Source of the DNA: Octopus sinensis
Taxonomy: Eukaryota
DNA: 64,000 bases
Direction of reading: 5' to 3'
Assembly (NCBI RefSeq): GCF_006345805.1
Contig: NC_043004.1
Span: 104,532,001-104,596,000, forward strand
This document shows positions 50,484 to 63,928 of the stretch, piece by piece. The number at the start of each line of letters is the position of its first letter. The stretch's first letter is position 1. The notes beneath the pieces were generated by a model that had not been told where the DNA came from, made no database searches, and worked only from the letters and a program-made list of their open reading frames with translations. Both the position numbers and the translations under genes were made by a program.

Positions 50484-53147
50484 ACACATAACACACACAC
50501 ATATCACACACACACACATGTGAGCGCACCACACACACACATACTCAGATGCGAGCGCACCACACACACACTTACTCACACATGCACACCAACATCCACA
50601 CACGCACACGCACACGCACGCATACACACACATTCACACACACACGCACACAGACGCACGCACACACACACATCGCTTGCACGTACACACACACGTACAT
50701 GTAAATCCAAACACACACATGCGTGCATACAGATACACACATACACTCACACACACAAACAGTCTTCGTACTAAAGTTGACGATTTTTTGTCTTTTTTCA
50801 AGAACAGGCTGTGTGGTAAGTAGCTTGCTTACCAACCACATGGATCCGAGTTCAGTCCCACTGTGTGGCACCTTGGACAAGTGTCTTCTACTATAGCCTT
50901 GGGCCGACCAAAGCCTTGTGAGTGGATTTGGTAGATGGAAACTGAAAGGAGCCCGTCGCATATATGTGTGTGTATGTGTTTGTGTGTCTGTATTTGCACC
51001 CCCCCCCCAACATTGTTTGACAACCGATGCTGGTGTGTTTACGTAACTTAGCGGTTCGGCAAAAGAGACCGATAGAATAAGTAGTAGACTTACAAAGAAT
51101 AAGTCCTGGGGGCGATTTGCTCGACTAAAGGCGGTGCTCCAGCATGACCACAGTCAAATGACTGAAACAAGTAAAAGAGTAAAGAGTGACAGTTTGATGT
51201 ATTAGTAAACAGTCAACAGCGTTGGAGAGCATAAAGCTGTAGCTGAGAAAAAGTTAGACGCCACGGAGAAATGGAATACATCTAAATATTGAACAAGAGT
51301 TACCCATACCATGGTTCGCGCTAGGTATCAAAATGCCGACATCATGACTACTACCCAGTACTTTGTGAACATCGAAAAGGCTGTAAGATAAGATATGGAC
51401 ATCATATTTTTTACTTGTTTCAGTCCTTTGACTGCGGCCATGCCGAGAAATCGAGCCCAGGACTTATTCTTTATAAGCCTAGTACTTTCTTATTCTATCG
51501 GTCTCTTTTTCCGAACCGCTAAGTCACGGGGGGGGGCATAAACAAACCAGCATGGGCTGTCAAGCGATGGCGAGGTGGGAGGCATAAACAAACCAGCATG
51601 GGCTGTCAAGCGATGGCGAGGTGGGAGGCTATAGTAGAAGACACTTTCCCAAGGTGCCATGCAGTGGGACTGAACCCAGAACCATGTGGTTAGGAAGCAA
51701 GCCTCTTACCACATAGCCACACGCACGCACGCGCGCGCACACACGCACATGCACACGCTCACACACATGCATGCACGCACACACACAAACACAAGTGTGT
51801 GTGTGTGTGTGTGTTACTGTGTCCTTGATTCGACATTGCATGGTGGTTCACACGAATTTCACCATCATGAAAACAGTGTCTTTCATACATCTTGAAAGCA
51901 ATTCAGGTCATGGGGAAGTATTACCGTACTTGGAAACAGGTGCGGAGGTAGGGAGCATCCGGTTGTAGAAATTCTGCCGCAACAAAATTCCATGCGTCCG
52001 ACCCATGCAAGCATAGAAAAGTAGACTTTAAAATGGTGATGATGATGATGATGATGATGGCTCGTCCTCATGTAAGAAGAAACTGAATAATGAACCTCTC
52101 GATACACCATGTTTGGAAAAAGAAGACGGGATGTGCAGAGCTTAAATATCGTTAGTTTAATGTATCGTGGGCAAAAACCACAGAAATATTAACAGAAAGA
52201 AAACGAATGAGATGTGATTATGTATACGATAACTGTTAACAGCTGAAGATAGTCGAATATTCAAATTACATTTGAAAGTCAATTAATGTCTTTGCTCATC
52301 ACATGACTAGACTTGATCATAAATTTGCTACACCTGGGCTGACTTGGGATAGGTGGGGTAGATCAAAAGAGTGAAGAAATATCGGAATTGACTCAAGCAT
52401 GGTTTATTACTGCTTATATTAGTTTCAAATTTTGGTACAAGGCCAACAATTCTAGGTGAGGGGTTAAGTCGATTACATCGGCCCTATTACTTAACTGGCA
52501 CTTATTTTATCACCCCAAAAAGATGAAAGGTAAAGTCCACGTAAAGACGGACGAAATTCTGCTAAGCGCTTTACCCCTCGTGCTAACGATTCTGCCACCC
52601 CACCGCCTTTATTTCTGCTTATGTTAGCATAGACTATAGGTAATTCCAGAAGGAAGTAGCATCAGCAAAGAATACTCTCTCTTTTTCTCTTTTAATTGTT
52701 TCAGTCATTTGACTGCGGCCATGCTGGAGCACCGCCTTTAATCGGGCAACTCGACCCCGGGACTTATTCTTTGTAAGCCCAGTACTTATTCTATCGGTCT
52801 CTTTTGCCGAACCGCTATGTAACGGGAACATAAACACACCAGCATCGGTTGTCAAGTAATGCTAGGGGGACAAACACAGACACACGCATATATGTACATA
52901 AATACGACGGGCTTCTTTCAGTTTCCGTCTACCAAATCCACTCACAAGGATTTGGTTGGCCCGAGGCTATAGTAGAAGACACTTGCCCAAGGTGCCACGC
53001 AGTGGGACTGAACCCGGAACCATGTAGTTGGTTAGCAAGCTACTTACCACACAGCCACTCCTACACCTGAATGATTGAATTTTTTTAGGACATGACAAGA
53101 CAAATGTACATATCAGATACATCAGATCAGAGGTGGTAAGCGTATAG

Positions 53148-53318
53148 TCATTTCAGAAGAGGTGTTGTAGTGGTAGAAGTAGAAGGAGGAGAGGACAATG
53201 TAGCTGTGGACTTGACGCTGCCGGGGGTGGGAAGTGCATATCTCCATAATTCTCTTTTCTCTCTGGGAATATCTGCGATGTTTGTGAAAACGTAGCAACA
53301 CCATCTTAAATACGTGAA
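53148..53318 (-). CDS. Candidate terminal coding exon of an unidentified gene
   Basis: Strong acceptor TTCTTTTTCTTCTTTTTTCTTTTGCAG|; open phase-0 frame FTYLRWCCYVFTNIADIPREKRELWRYALPTP...LLK*. No recognisable family. Confidence 0.4.
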   Translation of the reverse strand, partial: FTYLRWCCYVFTNIADIPREKRELWRYALPTPGSVKSTATLSSPPSTSTTTTPLLK

Positions 53319-53939
53319 CTGCAAAAGAAAAAAGAAGAAAAAGAATTTGTAATGAGTGAGTAACTGAGTAACTGACCGGAGCTGACGTATTTCAAAATCA
53401 TAACAGAAGAAGCTCAGTATTTCGGAAACAGTTTTAACAATGTGCGCTGGAGGAGATGGTGGTGGTGGTGGTGGTAGTGGTGGGTTACACGGTGAGCTAG
53501 TAGAAAGTTGAACAGAATATCTTGCGGTATTCGTTCTGATTTTGATCCCTAAGTTCAATGGCTTGCTCCGAGGACTTCATCTATTCATAATCGATAAATA
53601 AACACTAGTCTAGAACTGGTATTAATTGCTCTTTTTCTCACTCTCTTTCTTACTTACTCCTACCCCACCTCTCTCTCTCTCTTTCGAAGAAGAAGAAGAA
53701 GAAGAAGAAGAAGAAGAAGAAGAAGAAGAAGAGATCGGTGATGGTCAGACCTAGGGTGGGATATACAGCACAAGATGCGCTGTATATCACGTGGGTGTGT
53801 TGAGGACCCAGGGTACACGTGGGGTCGCCGTAAGAGATCATTTGAAAGATGGCGACACCGAGTATATGTTGCAACACAGGCTGTGTTTTAGTTGCGAGTT
53901 AATCATGTGTAGAGAGAGTATGGTCCACACCGCTTACAT

Positions 53940-54239
53940 CAGTGGTTCCCAAACGTCTTCAGGCCGCCACCCCCTTAACATCCATGCCGCATCCCAAACC
54001 CTCCCCTCAGCAACTCAACACCATAAACATAGACCACTTTCTGCAGCAAAATTCAAAACAACTGCATTTCACATATAAAACTTGACCTAATTATCCCATT
54101 ATATTTTTGTGGGGTGCCGGGTTACATTCATCGCCCACTTTTGGGTTACCCCGTTATCACCCCCACTTTTCTTCAACGCCACCCTGGATCTTTCCACCAG
54201 CCCCAAGGGGGTAAGTGCTGTCCACTTTTGGAACCACTG
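53940..54239. mobile_element. hAT (Charlie/MER5-like) MITE
   Basis: TIRs CAGTGGTTCCCAAA / TTTTGGAACCACTG; degenerate 8-bp TSD. Confidence 0.8.
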
Positions 54240-54310
54240 GTTGAGATGATAGCAGTAACAGTTACAAGTTGAAGCGAGTTGAAGTAAGCTGAAGGATATT
54301 TTATACTCAC

Positions 54311-54354
54311 TGAAGGATATTTACGAAATACTTGTCCATGGAAGTTATACAGGT
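54311..54354 (-). CDS. Candidate 44-nt internal exon
   Basis: Branch-like CCCTAAC with the first downstream AG as acceptor; consensus donor CA|GTGAGT; splices in frame (LYNFHGQVFRKYPS) to 53318. Confidence 0.3.
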
Positions 54355-54767
54355 CTAGTATAGGATATCAAGGTTGCATATGGATGACGCATGTGTACGG
54401 AGAGTTAGGGGCGGGAGGAAAGAGGTGATATCATCGGTTATAGGAGTGTATATAGTTAGAAGTAAACTGTACGCAATGGCAAGTCTTAAGACTGACACTG
54501 AATCCCTTGGCGACAGCAAACCATTGCACCGTACGGTTTCTTTTCTTTAATAACATTGCGGTGGGAGATATGACAAATTTCTATGAGCGATTAAGAATCT
54601 TTCTGCTGAATGATTTCGTACTCCATTAACACACAGACGTTTCTCAAATTTCACTTTAGCAGAAGTTTGTGAGTTCATTCACCGCTCTGTAAACATTCAG
54701 CTATTTGTAATTTCAGACTATGGATTGATTTATAATTCTTTCATCCTAATATAAGAATAAGGACTAG

Positions 54768-55570
54768 GGCGGTGAGCTGGCAGAGTCGTTAGCACGCCGG
54801 GCGAAATGCGTAGCCGTATTTCGTCTGCCGTTATGTTTTGAGTTCAAATTCCGCCGAGGTCGACTTTGCCTTTCATCCTTTCGGGGTCGATAAATTAAGT
54901 ACCAGCTACGCACTGGGGTCGATGTAATCGACTTAATACCTATGTCTGTCCTTGTTTGTCCCCTCTGTGTTTAGCCCCTTGGGGGTAGTAAAGAAATAGG
55001 TATTTCGTCTGTCGTTACGTTCTGAGTTCAAATTCCGCCAAGGTCGACTTTGCCTTTCATCCTTTCGGGGTAGATTAAATAAGTACCAGTTAAGCACTGG
55101 GGTCGATGTAATCGACTTAATCCGTTTGTCTGTCTTAGTTTCTCCCCTTTGTGTGTACCCCCTTGTGGGCAATAAAGAAATAGGTATTTCGTCTGCCGTT
55201 ACGTTCTGAGTTCAAATTCCGCCGAGGTCGACTTTGCCTTTCATCCTTTCGGGGTCGATAAAATAAGTAGCAGTTACGCACTGGAGTCGATATAATCGAC
55301 TTAATCCCGTTGTCTGTCCTTGTTTGTCCTTTCTATGTCCATGTTTAGCTCCTTGTGGGCAATAAAGAAATATGAAACGTTAGCACGCTGGGCAAAATGC
55401 TTAGCGGCATTTTGCTCGTCTTCACCTTCGAGTTCAAATCCGCCGGGATCGATTTTGTTTTTCATCCTTTCGAGGTCGATAAGATAAGTACCAGTTGAGC
55501 ACTGGGGTCGATGTAATCGACTTATCACCTCCTCCGATCTTGCTGGCATTGTGCCAAAATTTAAAACTAA
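54768..55570 (+). mobile_element. Head-to-tail tetramer of SINE family B
   Basis: Units start at about 54768, 54999, 55182 and 55373; units 2-3 lack the first ~48 nt. Confidence 0.88.
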
Positions 55571-57306
55571 TATAAGAACAAGGCCTGAAATGTTTTTGAT
55601 AAGGTGGGACTAGTTGATGGCTTCGACCCCAGTGCTCAATTGGTACTTATTTTACAGACTTAAAAAAGGATGAAAGACAAAGTCGACTACATTTGAACTC
55701 AGCATAAAACCGGTAGAAATGCCGCGTGGCATTTTGTCCGGTATGGTAACGAGTCTGCCACCTCTCCGTAGTGAATTGATTTGCACTTGATGAAGAATAG
55801 TAATATTGGTTTCAAATTTTGGCACAAGGCCAGCAATTTCTGGGGAGGGCGAAAGTCGATTACATGGACGCCAGTACTCAATTGGTACTTATTTTGTCCA
55901 TCCCCAAAAGGATGAAGGGATAAGTTGACCCCGGCGGAATTTGAACTCAGAATGTAAAGACGGACGAAATGTCGTTAAGCACTTTGCTCAGCGCAATAAT
56001 GCCACCTTATGAAGAAGAATAGTGTTGCACGATGTTAATACTTTATTCTAAAGCATTAGTATAAAGTGTAAGTAAAGTGAATCGAAACCGCATTGCGAAT
56101 TTAGCGCACTGGGAGGTTACTTCTTGTTCAAAGGCATACCATCCAATTAACATAAATCTTGCCAAGTCAAAACATTTAATAAATCTACGGAATCTATTTT
56201 CTTAATCCGCCGGTTAAATATTCATTTGTTTTTTATTGAGTCAATTTATACGTTTCTATCCCTTCTAAAACCGTCAGATGATTACTTATGGTGGTCTGAT
56301 GCCTGATCTCTCCATCACTAGCCTGACTTGTACATCACACCAGCCATCAGTTGAGTCTGATTGCATGAACCGATCACGATACATCACCAATCAGATCATG
56401 ATATATATCAACCGACATCCACTCCACTAAAAAAAAGGGGTCTTTATTTTCAAATAAAGGGCCAAAATAATACCCTCTTTGTGAATATTGTAAACAGCCG
56501 TAGGGGGTAAATTCGGTGTATAAGCGGGTTATGCCTGATAACCCAGTAATATGAGAATCAGTGATCCCTAGCTGTTGCAATTTAAATCACTTTAAGTGAA
56601 AGTAGATTATCTTCTAATCACATCAGAAGATGAAAAGGTATTTATTAATAAGTGGAGCAATTTTGTAGCGAATGCCGTAAAACAATAATTTAGCTCTCAG
56701 TGAACCAAGTTTGTAAACTGATTTCGATTCTCAGCCGAAATTATTTTGCTTCTGGTGTCAGCATTTCGCGGTAATATCATTGACAATGGATTAATGCCAT
56801 CACATCCCCATTATAAAAAGAACAACATTGTCTTTAAAATATATCCTTAGTTGTATTAATTACATCTAAATTCGAATTCACATAATTAATTTAGTTTTCC
56901 CAGTATATTCAGTTATACTTATATTAAGACCAGTGAACTTGTAAATACGTGATCCAGTTTTCACTCCGACATGGAAGCACTATTTCCCTGAGATCTGTAA
57001 TCACTGAGGAGGGGAAAAATTAAGAAACGCATATTTCGTTGATGCTAAGAAAGAAAGGTCCCGATTACACATTTGATAAGCAATGTGGGAGTTTGCAGCG
57101 GTCGGTTAAATGAATGGTAACTTACTACATTTGACGGATTATATAATAATTTTTAATAAGAAACATCACAAAAGATCAGCCTGGTTCCTATTTACGAAGA
57201 TGAGCATATCATAAGTTTTAATGCATTCGAAACTGTTTCTTTGAATATTCGCTTCTGAAATTTAAGCGCGTCGGATACGTATCTGCGTCTATTATGCCAT
57301 TATATA

Positions 57307-57910
57307 CGAGACGGGTGCTGAAAAATTCTTGGTTTTCGGTAAAAGAAAAAAATAGGAGAATCAGTCAATTATGATTTTATTAAACACTAGCAGTATCGCC
57401 CGGCGTTGCTCAGGTTTGTAAGGGAAATAACTATAAAGCATTTTTAGAGAGTTATAGCCAAAAAATAGCAAAAAAATGGAAAAAAAATTATGGTAAATTT
57501 TTTTTGAGAGCTAAAAAAGGTCGAGTTGCGTCCCCTAGACAGTCTGTGGTTTGTGTTTCTGATTCTCGACCCCATGTCGAATTTATCGATTTTTTTCAGA
57601 ACTGGGGGAACTTTTCAAAATTTTCGCTGCGTTAGTTTTGAATTATGACATTGGGCTATGTGTGTGTCAAGTTTCATCAGAATCGGTTGAAAGCCGTGGT
57701 CAGGGTGAGGGTACAAGCAAACAGACACACAGAAACACACACAGACAAACTGCCGTTTATATATAGAGAGATATTCCCCTATCAGATTCACACACTTATC
57801 GCAGGGGTCATTCAGTTTTCATGAGTTCTGTAAAAGAACTCGGAGGGTTGGACCTCCAGCCAGGCCTTTCGCGACACCCTTCAAGCCATGAACTTTTCAG
57901 CAAGCCCTCA
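57307..57910. mobile_element. Mariner-derived MITE split by a Helitron
   Basis: TA-CGAGACGGGTGCTGAAAAATTC ... GAACTTTTCAGCAAGCCCTCA-TA imperfect TIRs. Confidence 0.7.
57387..57771 (-). mobile_element. Non-autonomous Helitron (different 5' half)
   Basis: Same 3' hairpin and CTAG end as 40759; TC start; A|T insertion site. Confidence 0.85.
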
Positions 57911-57928
57911 TACGATAAACTGATTATA

Positions 57929-58461
57929 TTGGGTTGTCCGAAAAGTTCGTGCCGATTTATAGTAGCTTACCTTTCGACTTATTTTAGAACATGGTTGAGT
58001 CCATGAAATAGGATTTGACTACACCTCCATTTAGAGCACAGTTTAAGCTATCTTTTCGTGGAAGAAGGTTTATGTTCCTATAACCTGTGTTAATTCTGTA
58101 ACCCTTTTAAAACGGAAATAAGAGAGTTCATTTTCGGCACTTGATGCCTTTCTTTTTCCGTAAAGGGGAAAATGCCTCACAAGCAACCAAAGACCTGAAT
58201 AAGACCTATTCAGGTCTCTGCAGAATAGTCTTAATGGTAAAATTTCAATTCCTTGGATGACGTAAAAAGATACCTTGATGAATTCTTTGCCACGAAACCA
58301 CTTCAATTCTGGGAAGAGGGTATTTTCAAGTTAAAAGAACGATGGAGACGCATTGTGCAACAAAATGGTTCATATTTGGTTGATTAAAAATGTAATGGCA
58401 AGTATATATTGACCTTTTTCTTTCCCTTTAAAAATCGGTACGAACTTTCCGGACAACCCAA
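57929..58461 (+). mobile_element. Internally deleted mariner, 533 bp
   Basis: TIRs TTGGGTTGTCCGAAAAGTTCGTGCCGATTT / AAATCGGTACGAACTTTCCGGACAACCCAA, TA flanks. N-terminal ENKRVHFRHLM.FFFRKGENASQA is fused to C-terminal LFRSLQNSLNGK...FWEEGIFKLKERWRRIVQQNGSYLVD*. Confidence 0.93.
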
Positions 58462-59344
58462 TAGATATGAAACAAATAATGGAACAGAATGGAAACAAAA
58501 TTTATTTTCGCCTTTTACAGCCGATTACCAAGGTCTTGATACTGTTGTATAATAACTGAATATATTGTGAAAACTCAAAGTCTATTCCTCTTTAAACGGG
58601 CTGTCTACCGAGCCAGACTGTTTGAAGGTTGTTAACGGAACACTAACAGAAGCAATATGTTCAAGCCAGAGAAAAACGCTACACAGATGCGGTCTAATGA
58701 CCTCTCTGCAGGGCGTGCTTTCTGAGTCATGGACGCAGATATGGCTATGTGGTTAAGAAGCTCGCTTTACAGCCACGAGATTTCAGTCCCACTGCGCGGA
58801 ACCTTGAGAAACTATCTTCTACTATTGCCTCGGGCTGACAAATGCTTCGTGAGTTTGTGAATGAATTTGGTAGATGGAAATTGTGTGGAAGCCCGTCGTG
58901 TGTGTGTGTGTGTGTGTGTAAGCCTTCGTGTTTGTCGCTCTCAATCCGCTTGACAACAGGTGTTGGCTTGTTTACGCTCCTGTGAATCAGCGGTCGGGTA
59001 AGAGAGACCATAAGTATGCATATATACATACATACATGCTTACTTGCATACACACATTCACACACACGCACAAACACACACACAAAATAGCGGTTTTGAA
59101 CTCTGGCACAAGGCCAGAAATTTCAGTGTGAGCGGGATATTATTAAATTATTTCGACTCTGAGTTCAACTAGAACTAATTTTATCGACTCTGAAACGATG
59201 AGAGGCAAAGTCGACCTCGGCGGAATTTGGACTTCGAACGCAAAAGTCCAGAAGAAATGTCACTAGAAATTTTTGACCGAAGAACTAACAGTTCTATCAG
59301 CTCATGGCCTTGCAAACAGTGAATAATAGTACTCACACGTATAA

Positions 59345-59424
<80 letters not shown>

Positions 59425-59875
59425 ACACACCACACACACTCACACACACATATACAAGCACATGTATACGTAAACACCCAATTAAAGGGAAAGAAAGAGA
59501 GAAAGAAACTAGAGAGGGACTAAGGCATATACTTCGAGTTGGTTCTGAAATTCAATATTAGGGTCTTATTTTGGTTATGCGTGTTCCAGTGCAAGAGGGC
59601 CGAACCGACCAACGGGATCATATCCCAGACCACACACGTATACAAACAACCCAGCAGAAATATCTCTGTGCTTGCGACACGTTATACTTTGTGACTTAGG
59701 AAGTGATTGCTTGGAACTTCTCCTTACTTCAACTCTACACCAGTCTACATCGCTGTACCAAGGCCCCACCTCAACAAACTTCTATTTTCGTTAAGGTTGC
59801 TTCGTCCTTAATCCGGAAGATTGATTGAACATTAGCATTGGGTGGGACCTGTTTTTGATGTTCATAACGATATAC

Positions 59876-59992
59876 TGTTGTTGTTGTTGTTGTTGTCATT
59901 GCGACTACTACTACTAACTACTTGCTGCTGCTGGTGATGATAATGATGATGGCGATGATGATGATGATGATGACGATGATGATGATGATGGC

Positions 59993-60034
<42 letters not shown>

Positions 60035-60130
60035 GGCGATGATGGCGATGATGATGATGATAACGCTGGCGACCACGTCGATTGTGATGATGATGACGAG
60101 TAAGAGGAAAAGGAAGAAGAGGAGGAGAAT
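59876..60130. repeat. Compound trinucleotide repeats (GTT/CTA/GAT)n
   Basis: Read directly; similar tracts at 28540-28930, 31210-31560, 47755-47840 and 48290-48400. Confidence 0.95.
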
Positions 60131-61099
60131 GATATTGATGAAAACTACTAGATATTATTGGAGTTTTTCTGCTTGGCTGCCACTTTTCAATTTCTTCAAT
60201 TTTATTCCAATTCATTTCAAACTTGGTGTATTGATGTAGTTCTGTATGCTAATTTTTGACATGATATGAAATTTTTCACGTAATTTAAAAATTTTAAAAA
60301 GTGCAGCCAAACAGAAAGGAACCACATTATCTCTTTTGAAATTGTATTATTTTCCGAAACGTATGATTCTTCGGGAGATATGTTAAATCTGCATCGCCGT
60401 ACAGAAGTTGCATTCTTTGGGAAGGTATCATTGAAGACTATGTTCATTAGTGTACACTTGTCCCCCGTACTATCTTCAGTGCTGTGTCAAGACCTAAACA
60501 ACCTTAGCAGTCGGATGCTATCAAAGACAAAACATCCATCAAAACGTAATAGTAAAGACGAACGTGTTTCCAGAGACACGCACAGCCCACCATCACCACC
60601 ACCACCACCAACAACAACACAAAACCCCCACCCCACTTTTTACAGAAAAATGATTTTCATTTTCAAAGGTGAAAATATGAACACTTCTGTGGAAAATGCT
60701 ATATTGCTCACTTCGAGATACCTAGACGGAGAGAAAACGTTTGCGAATAGGGTGGGTGAGTCTCGTTAAAAAAGAAACTAAAGCGAAGATATCCGCGAAA
60801 AAAAAAAAAAAGAAGAAAAAAAAAACAAGTGTGACGACTACTTTCATCACTTTCGCTTCCAATAACCCGCTGACTGTTGCGAAAGGAGAAAGCAAAGTCT
60901 TCAGGGTGAGTCTGTGGTTTGTGGGGTCGACCGCGTCCTCCGCTTCTCATATATTGCTTGTTTATTCATACGTTTCGTCTCATTCCATACCCTGACCCCA
61001 AAGTCTGTTTTGTCTGTCTTCGTATCGTCCCCTCGTTTTCTCACCTCATGGTTAATAAAGAAATTGACTGTTGCGACTTGTTCCACAACCTGCACCGCT

Positions 61100-61950
61100 A
61101 CTTAGAATGTCTATTTACCACCAACAGCCAACAAATTGGAGTCTTGGGATACCATGGCCAATAATGTGGTAGCATGCACTGGAATTGCGTCACCTGCATT
61201 AATTCCTTGGGGGTGAGCAAACGATGTTGCCGTTTGTAAGATGCATTTTTTTCACCGCTGGTTTTTCTCATTGACTTACATTCAAGCATAATCCAAAATT
61301 AAGCGCCTCAGACCTAATTTGTTGTCTGGTGCTCGCGACCATTTACCACTTTGGCTTCAGGACCCTTGTATTTTAGGGTTAATGGGAAGTATGTTCTGGA
61401 ATGCACATGGTATTGATGAAAGTTCCCAGAAGATTTTTCCGAAAAACTTTCAGGTTAAGGATTATGGGCAACTTCCGAAAGAACTTTGGTTGGCAAATAC
61501 TATCGGAGGTAGTGAATATTGCTGAATCGAGATAAACTCTATAGTCACAGCAGTACCATTAGTTTTTCATATCTGAAATTCGTACAGAACATCAAAGCCG
61601 TTCTCCACTCACTCGTTCAGTGTCGAACATTGCTCACCTCTGAACAGTTGCGATCACATATAGAATGGATCTGATTGTCACGCGAATTCATTGTGAAAAA
61701 TGCCCCGCGTTTTCTTCTTTCGACAAGGAAGAACAGGCAGTTTTCCTCGGTCTGCGGTAGAGGTTGTGGTAGTATTGTGCACAACATTGGAAGGATTGAA
61801 AGTGCAACTTGTAGAGGGCGTTTGGGGTAAAGAAGGAAGTTCTGCCCTCAAGTAAATTTACTAAAACTTGGAGGAGGGTAGCAAGTTTGACATAGGCGAA
61901 TGGCCTTGTTGCAGTCTTTCCTTGTTCTAGTCCCTGGCTATGGAGGAAAG
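61100..61950 (+). mobile_element. Possible ancient Tx1/L1-like ORF2 remnant
   Basis: Faint motifs only: DHLPL (APE end) and CEKC.RFFFR; heavily disrupted. Confidence 0.25.
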
Positions 61951-62437
61951 GCATTTACACCCGATAATCACCAAGAACTAGAGTTTGTGGGTCACCAGAA
62001 TGGTCCTAGCTCCTAGCAAACAGTTCCCCAGTTGGGACATTTTTCATATTTGATTTTTTATTGAATATAAATGATGATTTCTTCTCAGCTAGTGATTCAC
62101 GAAGCTACTTTACATTCCATGTGGAAGGGCGGGCCGCCACAAACTCAGTGTCCACTTAAGTATACAAACACACATGCCATCACACACACACACACAGATA
62201 CTAAACGCACGTATAAACGCATACTCATGCTTCCTGACATAGACAAGTCCACATCCTGAGACACACCTGCACATGCAAACACACACACATTCACTGAGAC
62301 TGGTACTGACTCTGATAAGTACATACACACATGCATTCAAGCCCGTATATAAACACACACACACACATACAGAGTCACTCATACTGAAACACATAGGCGC
62401 ACGCACACACACACACACTCACTCAGAAACCCTCACG

Positions 62438-62478
<41 letters not shown>

Positions 62479-63080
62479 ACTCAGTCACTTACAAACAAAT
62501 AGACACACATATACAAAGACACGCAATCACTCACTCAGAAACAAACGAACACACACACACATACATACATACACACACACACATGCACGCACGCATACAC
62601 ACACAGTCACTCAAAAACATGGATATACATACACACTCACAAAGACACGAACACAAAGGCACAATACAACTCCAAAACACACACCCACCCACCACCAACA
62701 AAGAATATATAAAACAAAATATGATGACCTTAGCAGCTGGTCAATATGACACCGCTTCAACCCCCTTTAGCCTTAGAAACAATAAGGCTGAAATAGTAAC
62801 AAATAAATAAACACTACATTAGAGTATTAAACATGAATACAAGTCAAAGTTTACAGGTTTTTTCTTCAAAACATTAGGCTGGTCAGCATGTGGTCAAGTT
62901 AAATGGCTACGATTAATGGGGCAGCGGTATTAACCGGGATTAAATTTCAACGAAAAACAAAAGAGGAAATTCTTTAGTTTGTAGGGTTCAAAGACATTCG
63001 AAGCCAGGCGCAGGCAAAGCTCTGCTGTTAAGAAGATTATTTCGTCATTTTCTATATTGGCTTCGAGCCGACCAGCACAA

Positions 63081-63314
63081 GGCGGTGGTGAGCTGGCAGA
63101 AACGTTAGCACGCCGGGCGAAATGCGTAGCTGTATTTCGTCTGCCGTTACGTTCTGAGTTCAAATTCCGCCGAGGTCGACTTTGCCTTTCATCCTTTCGG
63201 GGTCGATAAATTAAGTACCAGTTACGCACTGGGGTCGATGTAATCGACTTAATCCGTTTGTCTGTCCTTGTTTGTCCCCTCTGTGTTTAGCCCCTTGTGG
63301 GTAGTAAAGAAATA
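63081..63314 (+). mobile_element. SINE family B, young full-length copy
   Basis: Near identical to 54768-54998. Confidence 0.9.
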
Positions 63315-63837
63315 AGTACTTTGTGAGTGGGGGTTGGGTTGACAAAAGCAAAGTGGAAATCTGCCAGGCTTTGTGGTTAAGAAGCTCGCTTTGCAACTAC
63401 AGGCTTTCGGTTTCGGTTCCACTGCACAGTACCTTGGGGAGGTGTCTGCTATAGGCCCAGACTAATCAATGCCTTATGAGTAAATTTGAAAAAAGGAAAT
63501 TGTAGGGAACCCGTCAAGTATCTTCTACTATAGCCTCAGACCGACCAAAGCCTTGTGAGGGGATTTAGTAAACGGAAACTGAAAGAAGCCTCTGTGAGTG
63601 TGTGTGTGTGCATATTTGTGTTTGTCCCTCCCCTTCACCGCTTGGCAACCAGTAACGTTGCCGTAACTTAGCGGTTTGGCAAAAGAGACCGATAGGACAA
63701 GTACTAAGCTTTAAAATAAGCCATGGGGTCGATTTGTTCGGCTAAAACCTACAAAACAGTGCTTCAGCATGGCCGCAGTGAAATGGCTGGAGCAAAAGAA
63801 AGAATATTATACATACATACATATATATTATATATGC

Positions 63838-63928
<91 letters not shown>

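Noticed and set aside
54768-55570. CRISPR-like periodic array
   Set aside because: Units are about 184-bp SINE bodies without unique spacers; eukaryotic context and no cas genes.
56275-56330. C/D-box snoRNA-like ATGATTA...CTGA
   Set aside because: Too short, imperfect C box, no proper terminal stem.
59862-60239. Poly-His / poly-Met ORFs (also 28688-29181, 31062-31461)
   Set aside because: Trinucleotide repeat translations without splice or domain support.
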